From Catajapyx aquilonaris (taxonomy: Eukaryota), in assembly GCA_000934665.2 (NCBI GenBank), contig JYFJ02003688.1, positions 1-42,636 of the forward strand: 42,636 bases of DNA, written 5' to 3'. This document shows, piece after piece, positions 23,001 to 36,658 of the stretch. Both the position numbers and the translations under genes were made by a program. The notes under the pieces are model-generated. The model saw only the letters and a program-made list of their open reading frames with translations. It was not told the origin of the DNA and did not search any database. The first letter of the stretch is position 1; every line of letters begins with the position of its first letter.

Positions 23001-26000
23001 TTGCTATTGTCCAGCCCAGGCCATCTGTCTCGTGTTGACAACTTGATACCGCGCAGTGTCCATGATGTAACCGCTCAGTCACCTTGAATCTCGGCGGGGG
23101 GAGAGGCAAAGTGCTGGACCATAGAGGTGTCCAGTGCCTGCTGGTTGGAGATGCATGGTCAACCAGTTGCGGGGTTGCCAGAGCCCCTGATGAGGGAGGT
23201 GAGAGTGGATGGGTTTGTCGAAACAAAACAAACACTGGAGGCAGATGGTTGTGACAAGTTCACGGTTGTGTGTTTGCAGTCGGGGCAGACGCCGTGACCA
23301 TACCAGCCGACCCATGGCGGCGCAATAAAACCATCAGGGGCAAGGGTGGGGTAGGTTGGAAGGGGGTTGCGTGCCTGAAAATTGTAGGTCCTTTTGGGAG
23401 AGCAATAGCCAACAGTCTTGATTTTGAGGCTGTAGTTTGGGCAGTTTACGCCATACACTATTCTGATTACGATTCCTGTGGGGGTGGTAAACATTTCGGG
23501 AGACCACAGAGTTCCACGGTGGCGGCGAAGGACTGTCGCTTTTTGTCGGGTGTAGTAGTACGTGTGGTGTGCGAGGGTGGGGGACAAAGAAACAGCTGGA
23601 GAGCCATTGGCACGCTCGCACGACTCCGAAAAGGAGCTAGAAAAAGAAGCTGAAAGTGAAGGTGAACGAACAAGTATGGCCGCAGCGCATACATTTAGTA
23701 TGTAGGGGGGCGTCGAAAAAATATTACTCGAAAGTAAGGGGACTAAAAAATTGATTCCACAGCGTTCAGAAACGAGCACTCCTAGTCGAGGGAACCAAGG
23801 ACACTTTCCAAGATTATAATAACAAGGTCATTGGGTTTACCTGGTGCAGGACAAACAGCTAGGCGTGCTATACCAGGGAGTCCGAAACGTGGGAAATCGC
23901 GCAATTTGTGGTCAGCAGAACTCATGAAGGGGCCATTATTTATGTATTACATGTACAGGGTGGTGCACTGCCCAAGTTCAAAAGGCGGGTAGGTGTTCCA
24001 GTTTGTTTGCCCTAGCAAACCAGATGGAAGCAATAGTTAGGGTCTGTCTGCATTGTTGCTTCTTTTTAAGTGGTTTGCTGTAGTGAACAATTCAGAACAT
24101 TTCCTCCGAACCTCTTCAACTAGGGGCTTGGGAGGTGCTCCATCCTGTATAAATATTTTTAAAAATAATTCTCAACATTGCCTTTAGAGCTAATGGCGCA
24201 CCTGCTGACGTGTCATCCTGTTTTCAACATGGTTGCAATATCCAGTTGCCACAGATGTGTCTTTTGAATCAAGTGATGTATTTGGACGAGGGCTGGATGC
24301 TGATGAGGCTGTGTAATGAATATTATTGAAAATTCTAGATATGCAGGTACAGCAGGTGGAGCGGACGGAAGGGAAAGTTGGCAAGCTATACACACACATA
24401 CAGATATACAGTATATCACACACATGACCTGCTCTGATGGCCACACACTTATGCATGCATGCATACAGCAGACACAGGAAGGATACGTACTTTCATTCAG
24501 CATGGAGGAGAAGAGCTGCGATGGGTATCGTGGGGACTGCGTGACCATCACTGCCGATCATTCAACCCAAAAGCGCTCGCTCACGAGAACAACCGCCGCT
24601 TTATTATATCAATGGGGTTTTTGAAACCTTTTACATGAAAAGAAATTTGCGTTCGAGTATGTGTAGAGTACGGTCCAACAATAGGGTAGCCTTGTCGAAC
24701 CGGCTGTACGTGGAAAAATGCATTTCAAACCGAAATTTATCAGGCAGAAACGGACATTGTACGGTATTGTAAAGGGTTTTTGTCTTTCCTAGACATGGGA
24801 AGCGCGTATCGTGCCTAGTCAGTCAGCACGTGATGATGCAGTAGGGAAAAATGCGATGGAAGCGAGTCACACAACACCTCCAGGGGTAGAGTTCCCAGAA
24901 AGAGGGTACCATTTTCATATATGTCTGAGAAGAAATGGATGCTAAAATAGCTTCCGCAGGTGGTAAAAGGATCGGACGTTGCCACGCACGCATAGCATTG
25001 GTCGCCTTTCTCTGCAATTTCACAAACGCGATTTTCTATATGCATGTTTCCTCGGGGTGTTTAAAAACTCTCATTTGAATACTGTACTGTATAGGGTAAT
25101 TAGCAGTTAATTGCGTATATTGGTGTGTGAAGTCATAGAGTGTCGTCCTTGTTTTTCTTCCGGTAAGTCCTGACAAATATTACAGGCCTACTTAGAAGCC
25201 AGTAGCATCATACAAATGAGCATTGAAGCCTGAGTCATTATATAGACTATTAGAGAAGAGTCATTACACGTATATAATAGACTATTAGAGAAATGAAGTG
25301 ACTGTGAGACATGTTTTGATAGTAATTGCGTGCAGTTGATTGTGTAGGCAGAGCCTAGTTCAAGAGGGGGATGCGCGAAGAGAGGTTATGGATTGTTCAT
25401 CCCAATAATAAGTTGAAAATAGAAGAAATATGCTTGACACAATCAAGACGACATTCTGTTGTCGGGATTGTCTCTTCGCTTGAATCTGATTGGATAAGCA
25501 ATCCAAAATGCCTGCCCCTCTCTCTTGAACTGGGTAATTGGGCGGTGCACCATTCTTTGGAGATGCCCCCAAGAAATGGCCCTGGAAACTACCGAAGTGA
25601 ATTTCAGGGATGTTTTTCTCTTCCCAGTTGAAATAACCCTGACATGAAAAATGTATCTGCAATCCATACATCAAAGCGTAATTTTTTACAGACAAGAAAT
25701 TGCAAGGTTACGAGCACCTTTTCCACGCGCAATACACTCCCAAATAAACGTAATTCCACTAATGCAGACCTTCGACCCGTGTTTTTACCCAAATTGATTA
25801 ATTACATGTGAATTGCTGCGAGTAAGCACTGTATCGCACCACATGGCTACCATTGCATGATCGGAAAAATAACGGGCGTATTTCATGGGCCGTTACTGCA
25901 ACTGATTTTCCTGGGGATTGGAATGCAACGCCTATAGCTTTCACATGTTCTGACTTTGACCACGTTTACATACAGGCAAAATGCCGAAATCAAGCCAGTG

Positions 26001-27457
26001 TTTTTGCATATCATGGCTAGGTACTAGAACTCTCGAGGTATGGGCGGATGGATGGTTATGAATGTAAGACGGGTTTCTCTGGTGATCTAGGACGTTTCAA
26101 GGTCCTGGCTGGCAGAATTATTAAAAGGTCATTTGAACCTGAGAAGGAAATGTGGGAGGTTCTTCCGGATCGGGTTTCGCGGTTAGACGAGCATGGAGCA
26201 ACAACTCTGGAGCTCATGGCTGCCATGTGTTCGCAAAACATGGCCAATCACGAGAATGTCCCGTTTGACAGTCGTAATAATAGGTAGGGCCTGGCTTTTA
26301 TGAGACACGGTCTTCTCACGGGACTCGAGACCTTTTGGAGTCAGCGTACCTCAGGGTACTGTACGACTGCTTCGAAGGCAACGGGTTGCATGACAGCCAT
26401 GGATCGGCCTTGTTTCTGGCAAACAATGCATGTAAAGGGTGACTTCACGCACTGCAGAAGTTTTGCTTTTTAATATAATGAGCAGGCAATTAATTAGGTA
26501 GTACATACGTATGTGCTCGTAAAAATATCCTGTATATATTCGCCAAATTTTGACAGTAATAAATAATAAGGCATATGCGACACAAATTCATTGAAAATCC
26601 TCCGTTGGGAACAAGCAAACATTCCGAAGACGTTTTCATTATATCCAGGGTTCATTGTTGAGAAGTTTCGTTCCAGCATATTGTGTGTTCCGTTTGAATG
26701 CCTGATGAGATTAGTCGAGAAATTTGAGAAACTATATTTAGAACGCAGTTGGAGAATAAACATGGACATATTTTTTCTGCAAGATGTAGTACTGTGTATA
26801 AGGCCTACACAGTCACCTTTCCTTGGGAGGTGTAAAATTACATCTTAGAGCCCATCGTTCGTTCTCAATATGAAAGCGATAAAATTTACAATCCAGCGGA
26901 AGTTGGTTGTACGCTCGTATAGAAAAAGATTAGATGGACATTGAACATGTACTTGAAAAACTTAACCAGTGCTTACCTTCTGCATTAACAGTTCATTTGA
27001 GTGAAGTAGAAAACTCTTAATGTCATCGCTGATACCTGAATATTGCACTCGGATGAATTATGCCCATGGCAGTGCTGGAAGCACGAAAACCATGAATAAA
27101 ACGGGAATTACGACGGAAACATCCGGTGGTTATATTTTGCAAGAGAAGGCAAGGTTCACTGAAATTACTGCCATCATTTCGCATATCCCAATCTGAACTA
27201 TTTTGTTGTGTGTGCATGGGCGTTGTTTTATATTATCGTGCGTATTGTGGCATGCTAACTTCCAGGCAGTGTAACGCTGCAATTTTTTAATCTGCTCATT
27301 ATTGCTCTTGGTATGTAGGCGAGCTAATGTTTTGTTGTCAGGCAAGCCAAGGACGCAAGCGTGGCATACCCCTGTATTTATAATTGCTTCGGGATATGAT
27401 TTTGGGGAGGTGTCCTTTCCGCACTGGTTTAGTTACTGGCAGTACAACCTCAGCGTG

Positions 27458-27514
<57 letters not shown>

Positions 27515-30500
27515 TATTGGAGTCACCTGGAAAAAAAATCAAGTCTCTCACTTATTGGAAAGCTCGCCCCCATTTCTGGAGCAACATTGTAGCTAAAATC
27601 GTATAGGAATTTGGAATCCCCATTCCAGCCTGGAAAAAATAAGCGAAGGAAATGGCGCCCTTAACCTCGCCTATATCACGCATACTTTATGTATTTTCCC
27701 TCTACCAGTCCTATAACTGTGCTTCCCGTTTTGGCTCATTCAGGCCCAATTCCATCCCCCGGAAGCCTTCGTTGGCCATTTCGTGCCTGCTTTCTTTTCA
27801 AGCTCGGGTCACAGGAGGGGCTTCTGGATTGATGGACGACCCCTACATGTGGCAACCATGTGGTACTATCCTATGCATATCCATTTGCACGTATTTGACC
27901 AGGTCAGAGGGTTTCTGCAGGGCAGGCAGGTTTTGCACATGGTTGCAATTATTATGAAGTCAAAGTGGTGATGGATTCCTTTGGTTCTCCCACCCACCCA
28001 CCGCGTGCTTTCCCACCCACTCATCTTGGCCATCCCGTTACCTGCAGCCATACTTCTGCCCTACTGAACTTTTCCCTGATGGGGCAGACCCCTCTAGTCA
28101 CTAACCATATATGTGCAAGTTTTGCACGCACCCACACTTATGGCCAATTAGGAATGCAGTAGCTGAGACCGATTTCGTGCATAGCTTCAGCCTGATTAAG
28201 GAGACTTGTTCCATTCATTAAGTGGGGGGGACTCGATTCGCACCAATCCTCCGGTTTGTGTCGAGGTGTTGCTCAACTGCTGGACTGGAACGTGTTGAAT
28301 GAACAGTTGGAAACATTCCGGGTGTAATAGTGCAGAACTGAGTATGAGAGGGCTGGCGGAAGGACCAGCAGGGTTGGCGATTATTAGGCGCAGGTTTTAT
28401 TAGCCCACAAACCTAGTGTTAGGAGCCTGGATTTTTAGATGGTGAAAAGAGCAGGTTCTTGACAGGAAGTTGCCGCTGTTGTGGCTGGCAGAATGCAAAA
28501 ATTGAGGTTTGGGGTGCAAAAACCGCAATGTGGAGTGGTGCAGATCTGTACCTAGTGTTGACAAAAATTCGCCTGCACTTGTTACGGGGCGATATCATAA
28601 GAAATCGCAACTGTATTACATATCATTTACATCGCAACATCAAGCACCGTTTCGCACTTCTAAATTTATGCTCATGTGGCGTCCGTTACATGGTAAGAGC
28701 ACTTCGTACCGACTGAAGGACTTTGCCCTGAAGAAACTGTATCTGTACCATTGCATCGAGTGATAATAATAATTAGATGGGTCAAGTTCATGGTCGCTCC
28801 ATATACCTGAGTCAGCAGTGTGCATTCACTAGCCGGAGTGGACTTTAACACCTGTTTCCTCATGCACAGCGATGCATATCGCCATAAGCCGATTGACGAA
28901 TAATCGCCCCACGTTTACAATTTTAAAAAGGGGGCATAACACGCGGATTTTTAGTGAATAAACCAGTTTGAAGGGAGGGACTTGGAAACAAGATCACGGG
29001 TTGGAGCTGCGCCTCTTGAGTATCACTGCAGTGGGAAGATCTTATCTGCCATGTTCCTAAGCCGGGACTAGGGCGTTTTCTATACCGCCAGGGTATGGCA
29101 TTGAAGTCCACGTTGCAACTTGTGTGTTTCGCAATGAAAAGTACCTGCTAACAACAACAACGGACAAAAAAAAAAAAAATGAACGGAATCTTCTCCCGGC
29201 TGATGTCATGTATTGAACAATCAATGTTTGTAAACACCTTCGTGTAGGCCAGTCATTAGATGGGCGCATGAAGCGTGACGGCCCGAGCGAGGAAGGTGTT
29301 TGTACGATAAGGATGACGGGCCTAAAAATCGACGGAAGAGAGAGTGATCCAGTAATGTACGATTATCTGTTTCTCTTCCATTTCCGTGCAGAAAAAGTCG
29401 CTGGGCAACGAGTTGTACGAGCAAGTCTTCTACTCCCTGGACCTGATCGAAAAGGACTACTTCGGCTTGCAGTTCACCGATGCCAATCACGTGAAGGTGA
29501 GTTGCTGTTGTTGGTACTTATGCAGACTTTGGTTCTAAACTGGCTTTTATTGCAGCACTGGTTGGACCCTACCAAAGCCATCAAGAAGCAAGTCAAAAGT
29601 GAGTTCCATTTTTGTAGTTATATAGCGATGTTCTTCCTTCCTTCCAGCCCTGCTCTCGAGTCTGTCTGTCTGCCTACCCTCTTCCTTGTTTGGTTGTGGG
29701 CTCAGGTGCGTGCTCGCCTGAGGCCACCTCTTTCTTCATTTTGCCTGCCTGGTTCTGGGATGGAAGGGAAGTGAAGGGGACTAAGGAAAGGGATAGGATA
29801 GGATAGAATGATGCTGCTGCGGCTGCTACGGGGCAGCTCCTGGCAAGACAAACCGGTTGGCTTGGGCTCGGTTGGTTGGCTGGTGCTTTTGGAAGGATGC
29901 AAGGAGTTGGAGCCCTTCCTGCATCAAAAAAGGCGGGGATGCCAAGTCGACTCTGGGTCTAAACAGTCATGATTATGTACGGTGTGCACACACACACACA
30001 CACAGAGTACGACCGAGCGTGGCCTGGTTTTTTAAGTACCGACATTTGCGTCCTTGTTGGTGCTAAACACGTACTGTTGTTGAGCAATCGAGAGAACTAG
30101 GTTTTGCTCGTAATTTTAAGGTGAGAGATTAGTAGGCTTTGTGAAGCGACTACGCTTTCGTTTTTGTTATCAACACATTCACTTTCGGGACCTCTTGGAT
30201 ATGTAGGAATGTGTGGATCTTAACAGGCTGTGTTGAGTTTATTCCAGGTACAGTTGTAGGAAGCTGGAGCTCTTTAAAAATCTGATAAACAGGGAACCAG
30301 TGAGCATGTAGCGTTATTGCCAACAGGAGATGGGTTGCTCAGACTATTCGAATAGTCGTGAAAGGACGTAATGTTGACGCCAGGATGGCTGAACAATAAT
30401 CAGGTGACAGGAGGTGTGAGGCATGAAGGTCTGGGTAGGGTGAAGAGGGGTGGAAATAAAGAGAGGGAGAAACTGAGATTGAATAGAGTGCAACCTGGAT

Positions 30501-33500
30501 TGAAAATGTGCCAACATTATCACAGCATTCACCAGGGCTTAGGGGATGCAAATGTTCCCAGTAGTTGTAAACCTCATTTAAACTGGATATCTCATAAACC
30601 ACATATAATAAAGATAGAATGACATTAAAAGGAGAATGAGAGTTGTTTGGCCTTTGTGTTGCCGTTGCAATGATCTTTCAGAACAGTGCTAAGGATGAGA
30701 CTCCAATTAATTGCAATTATTCCACTTTTCTTTCAGTTGGTCCTCCCTACACGTTCCACTTAAAAGTCAAATTTTATTCGTCAGAGCCAAACAGTTTGCG
30801 AGAAGAACTTACCAGGTGAGTGATACATTATTTTGGAATGCATTATTCTTGTCTAATGATTAAATCCTGCATTTGTAATTACTAGTTTGCTGATAAGATA
30901 GGTGCAAGAATTCCCATTCTTTTAGATAGCCCAATGAGAGTTTTATTTTCTGTATGTGATTTATTATGGTGTTGATAAAACCTATTGCACATATTTCTCA
31001 ACATATGAGCTCGAGAATGATGAACACATGCACAAAGTATGCTTATTACTGCTCCTTCATGATTACAGGTATCAGTTTTTCCTGCAACTGAAGCAGGATG
31101 TCCTTACTGGGCGTCTGGAGTGCCCACTGCAAATTGCCACTGAGCTGTGTGCCTATGCATTACAATGTAAGTGAGTGGGGCATGCATGCCTGAATGTGTA
31201 TGCAAGTAGACAATGGAATGTACCACTGTACATATTCCATGTTACCCACAGCATACACTGTTGTGTTGTGTAGGACTAGGTGGGTTGCCACATGGCAGGT
31301 GTAGTGATGCGACTGCATTTTTTTGTAGCTGAACTTGGCGATTATGAAGAAGGTATCCACACGCCTGCAGTTGTGTCTGAGTTTCGATTTGTGCCCAATC
31401 AGACTGAGGAGATGGAAGTGGCCATGGTGGAGGAGTTCAAAAAGTGTCGTGGAATGACTCCAGCCCAAGCTGAGTTGGCTTACCTCAATAAGGCAAAGTG
31501 GCTGGAAATGTATGGAGTGGACCTGCACACTGTTTTGGTACATTATTCTCCTATTTGGGTCATATACGACGAATAACTTGAGCTGAAACAACTTATAATC
31601 TGTATTAATTTTGCAGGGTAAAGATAGCTGTGAATATTCCCTTGGACTCACTCCGACTGGCATTCTTGTCTTTGAGAGAACCATGAAGATTGGACTCTTC
31701 TTCTGGTAAACTGCTTATGTTACTTCCAGATAAACAGTTGCTTAATTTAAATTTTCCTTTTCTCCAGGCCCAAAATCACACGTTTGGACTTCAAGAAGAA
31801 GAAGTTGACCCTGGTGGTGGTTGAAGATGACGATGATGGGCGTGAGAGGGAGCACACATTTGTATTTCGCATGCACAATGAAAAAGCCAGCAAGCATCTC
31901 TGGAAATGTGCTGTGGAGCATCACACCTTCTTCAGACTAAAGGCATCTGGAAAGGGGCCAACTGCGAGACAGAATTTCTTCAGGATGGGATCGAGGTTCA
32001 GATACAGGTAAGGGTTTTATACCATTACAAATCTGACAAACATGTGCATAAACTATTGAGTGAAAATTCTGTCTGGGTTTCACTTTGTAAAATTTCTGCT
32101 TTGTAATTTTTTAAAGACAAGCCTGAAATATTGATGAGTTATGAAAATATGGGGAATGTAAGCTCTCTACTTCGTGACGTTCTATTAATAACACTTGCCT
32201 GTTCCTTCCTTCACATGTCCTAGTGGACGGACAGAGTTCCAAACAACTCAAGCAAACCGTGCCAGACGAACTGTGCAATTTGAGCGCCGTCCTAGCCAGA
32301 GATATGCTAGAAGGCAGTCACATGTGCAGAGGGAGAGGGAGAGGCAACGCACCTATCCACTAGGTGGTGGAGCGGCAAAGAAAAAGGCAGAGGCAGGACC
32401 TGAACCTGAGCAAGAGGCTGTTCCAGTCACTGAGAGTGCAGCTAAAGAAGAAGCCACCTCCCAACCTTCGACTTCATCCCCCACTTCACCATCTCCATCC
32501 AAACCTCCAACAACACCAACCAGTACGAATAGTAGCATTAGGATCAGGGAGGGTGCCAGTGGAGCAGCAAGTCCTACAAGTGAGTACAATGTATTCCATG
32601 ATTGGTAAGGGTATGGTTTTGGGTTGGCTTTTTCCGCCACTTCATTAAGAAATGCAAAGAAAGGAACATTTGACCTAATGCGTTTGAGAGCATTTACAAT
32701 TTTAGATCCATGATCCATCCCAGTAATAACTAGAGCAAATTACATCCATGTGCATTTATGATGATCAAAATAAGCTGTGCTTTGACTAGTGCAATTTTAT
32801 GAGCACTGTGTGATGCAACCTGTGGAAAATAGCTGAGTACATTTCCCCAGCTGTGTTTAAGCACTGCGTACAAATTTACAGGCGTGGGTTCGGCTGAGGA
32901 TAGGTTAGACAGCCTTCTCAAGAACCTTGTTAAGGATGAATGGAATCAGACCAATGGGGCTCCATCTCCTGTGCCAGCTGTTGCTGCTCCAGTGGACAAC
33001 ATGCTCAGCCAAGGTGCAGTGTAATGTTGACAAACTGTTGCATATTGTGAAAGTTGTTTCCCAATTTGTGCTTGATGTTTTTTTGCAGAGGTGGAGGCAA
33101 TGGCTGCCAAGCTGAAGAGTATTGAGAGCGGAGTGGCTCCTAAGGCAATAGGATCCTCTTCATTATCTCAGCAAGCTTCTACAGGATCTGCTTCCTCCAC
33201 CCCAACGCCACCACCTTCATTGTCTCTCCAGACACAGTCAAGGGATGTGAACAGCCTGCCCAACAACCAGTCAGCAAAGTTTCTGACACCAGGTGCAGGA
33301 GGAGGTGGAGCTAGACCCATTCCACCGGACAAACTCAAGTGTAACATCTGGAAAGGTCAGTGTGTTGCACATACAAGTAAACGCGTATGTAAAAACAGTT
33401 GACCTGTATAGAAAGGCTACTTAATGTAGCATGTGAAGGTGCATGGAGAGGGTTTGTCATGAGCAGTGCAAAATTCTAATTTTCTTAGGCTCAGTTTTCA

Positions 33501-36500
33501 GTTGAGTCATCACATTTTAGCTTACTTAGCAATGATACAGCCTCACATTCAGCATGCTTTACTAAGGGGAATTTTTTAGCTGACATCAACTGGCATTTGA
33601 TGCATCGTGTTTCAAACCCATATCTTATTCATTGGAATAGAATGCAAATCCTGTGTCAGCACGACAATCTCTGATTATGGATTGTGAATACCTACACATA
33701 ATTAGATATTTTTCCAAATTAAAAAAAATATATATATATATAAAACTAGTCCTGAGTAGAGAGATCGCTTAGTGTACTTACTACCTAGGGATATTGCTGT
33801 TTGCCTTGTCAACCTTTTTTTCTTCACAGCCAAAGTGGAGGAGGAACTGCGCAAGAGTCCTTTGAGCCTGGACTTGAACAAAAAGGATGAGGTTCATGTG
33901 CTCAGGTTGACGGGAAGTCCTTCTGCTGACAGGAGGAAGCTTCTTAATGGGTGAGTTCATATTCTTGGATTACCCAGCATGTGACAATGCTCTAAACGTG
34001 CTGACTTATGATTGGAATGTGATCACTTGACTGTACTCTAAGTGTACTGTATCTCACCTGCAATATGTTGATTTTTTGTTGCTGTTATGTTGCAAATTTC
34101 TTGAGAAAGTCAATTTTCCCAGGGATGGACTGTCTACTTCCAGGGATAGCATTGAGAAGGAGAATGCGGCTAGAAAGAGGTCAGTGCTTTTGGTCTCGGA
34201 TAATTTATATCTTCACACTTCTGTGAAAGTGTTACCTGGGTTTTTATTCTTTGAATCATTTTCTCTTGTCTGCATGTTGTGCCTTAAGGTCTGAAGTTAT
34301 TGTATTGCTGGACTGATAATTCGTTAATGATTGTGGACTTTGACCTTTGAACTGATATGTGTAAATGCTAATTGTGCACCCCACACTACCAGCATAAAAA
34401 TTGCCTGTCTTAGATGTGACATTGTATTTTACTGATTTCTCTATTTTAACTATACTTTTATGCAACAGTGACACTTTTCCACGGCCTAAGAAAAAGGAAA
34501 ACCAGCCCAATGGCTACTCAACGAGTCCCAAAAAGAGTGAGATTCAGTTTGATCATCTGACCAGCGCTACTTTTGTCTCTGTGGTAAGTGCAATATTCTA
34601 CACCCACCCACACACTTTCCATACTCATGCTTCATCTTCCACTTGTCTGCTGTATCTGTCTCTTATTCAGAACAAAATATTGCGTCCTGTACCATATAAT
34701 ACACAAGTATTTCAGCTTATCATTGCCAAGCCACTCATCATGTGAGACATTTCCTGTAGGAAGCACCTAAGTGTCATTGCTGACGTTGAATTCATGATAG
34801 TGTGTGTGGCAATATTATTATTTCCGAAAACCATCAGCAAATAGTGTTGTCATGAATGCAGATTTTGCCAAAGGCTGCGGCATCACAGCATAGGTACTGA
34901 CATCAGCTCAAATCTTTAGAAAGTTTGTGTTTGGCGCTTGGTGCTTGTTACAGGCCATGACTCAGTTATGTACAGTGTATAACATTCGATGACTGTGGCT
35001 TTTGCTTTGTTATTGTTCTCTTAATGGGCTAAGGCTCAGCTTTTGCAACATATCAAGGGATAGGTAGAAAGGACATGTTGCAGGTTAAGTAGATGTTGAA
35101 TGGGGGTGGAAGGGTGGAGGGGGGACATGGGGACAGACTTCTTGGTGCTTTGAGCCAACTGTTGTCTTGTTGAACTGTGCAAAGGGTGGGGACGCTCTCA
35201 CTCTGCCCCTGGGAGGAGGAGGGGCTACAAATGGAAGAGTGGAAGAGGAGGAGGAGAATGAAGAAGTAAATGGAGTGAATGACGTGGAGCAGAAAGAAGG
35301 AGCTGACAGACCAGATGAGGAACAGGAGACGGAGGAAGCTGAAAAGGCCGAGGTTGAGGACCCTGTTTCCAAGGTGACGGTCACCCACTTCCCCGGTGAC
35401 AAGAACAATGCAGCTACACCAACCACCACAGGCAGCAACCCATTCAACCCATTCACAACAACCACACCCACCACCAATGGAAACAGTAGCACCAAAAGCA
35501 ACCCATTTGGTAATCCTTTTAAGTCGCCCAAACCCTCTCCTAGACCAGTTCCGACTCCCCGATCCCACATCCCAATCCTGGTCAGCAGAGTGTCGAAATC
35601 CAACTCTAATCCATTTGCGGCTTCTGAGACTGCTGCTACTGCTCACCCTGCTGGCAAAACAAACAAGATGCATTTGGTGAGTTGTATGAACCCCTGCTCC
35701 CACTTTTTTTTTCTCCAGTGTCCATCTCGACAACCGTGTTGTGCTTGTGCCTCGGCTCTTGTACAGTACAATTAAACATCTCCACTCTTTTGTAGTTTCT
35801 TCTAGTCTGTGTGGAATTTTTTAAGGACCCTAATCTTGTGCTTTGTTAGAATAGAAGGCTGCTGAAGGGTTTTCTTTTCATTGCTGCATGACTCCAACAT
35901 GTATAACAATTGCCTTGTCAGTATTACTGATGTACACTTTGCACATGATACTCTCCATTACCTCAGTGCTGTAGGTAGTCAGTGTGATTTGTTGCACCAT
36001 TTGCTTTTTGCACTTACTATGGGCTGTCCCTCCACCAAGATTGCAGCAGTTACCACCATGGTAACTGTGTGCAACTCCTTTTGTGACTGGTTCAGACAAC
36101 ACGGCAACAGCCAAACACTGCAATTTTTGGTGTGGACAGCCCATACATTTGCTTCAAAAATGTAATCACGTGGTACAGGATAAGAGTATTTGCATTGGAG
36201 ATTCTTATTACGAGTGTGTCAGGATTGGTGTGACACGCGAGATGGAATGAAAAGTATAAAATAATCTTAACAGTTACTTGCATTTAATTTGTGACCATAA
36301 GTTACATAAGTTACACAACTATTAGAATAAGCAGTGACATGCATAGTAGATATACATTTTTTTCATCACAACTGTGCTTCTTAGGACACTGCATTGAAAT
36401 AGAGGTTACTCTCATCCTGTGTCACTTGGCCACGGCCCAACCCTGCAACATTGTGCATTTTCTTCCGGTTTTCAGGAGAACCAGCAAAAGGCCACCACTC

Positions 36501-36658
36501 CAACATCGGTGACTCCTACCAGTCCAGTGGCGCCCACCTTGGCTCAGTTGTCGCCTTGGCTAGTGAGTGAATCTGCACCAAGCCCTAGCCCTACATCAAG
36601 TGCCTCAGAGAAAGCTCACCAGCAACCAATCAGGACAACCATCATCACTGAGCTGTGA
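20010..36658 (+). CDS. yrt: FERM-domain polarity protein, yurt / EPB41L5-EPB41L4B family (~924 aa)
   Basis: Exons 20010-20198, 29392-29496, 29556-29598, 30737-30815, 31069-31166, 31329-31537, 31617-31705, 31768-32007, 32224-32579, 32882-33013, 33089-33355, 33830-33950, 34123-34179, 34469-34583, 35185-35676 and 36476-36658 are all phase-compatible (2775 nt). FERM motifs [79 protein letters not shown]-adjacent [18 protein letters not shown]-terminal PDZ-binding ITEL*. The FERM exons are secure; the C-terminal exon set is less so. Confidence 0.93.
25231..25292. repeat. Short tandem duplication
   Basis: GAGTCATTA...TAGACTATTAGAGAA occurs twice in tandem. Confidence 0.6.
27023..27455 (-). mobile_element. 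Decayed mariner-like transposase catalytic-domain fragment in yurt intron 1
   Basis: Three successive minus-strand frames give collinear mariner-like blocks: [12 protein letters not shown]...[13 protein letters not shown]...QIKKL...[18 protein letters not shown]...[18 protein letters not shown]. Recognised by eye only. Confidence 0.45.
27461..27512. repeat. (AG)26 microsatellite
   Basis: Perfect dinucleotide run. Confidence 0.98.

Noticed and set aside
21226..23779. Long ORFs inside yurt intron 1 (154, 219 and 206 aa)
   Set aside because: Low-complexity translations of GC-richer intronic DNA with no domain motifs and no phase-compatible exon chain.
25141..25170. Pyrimidine tract followed by GTAAGT near the middle of the 9.2-kb intron, resembling a recursive splice site
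   Set aside because: The dinucleotide before GT is CG, not the AG required for an acceptor.
26048..26287. 79-aa ORF containing WEVLP; possible alternative yurt first exon or mariner piece
   Set aside because: Its only nearby donor is phase 2, incompatible with the phase-0 exon at 29392, and flanking mariner motifs are absent.
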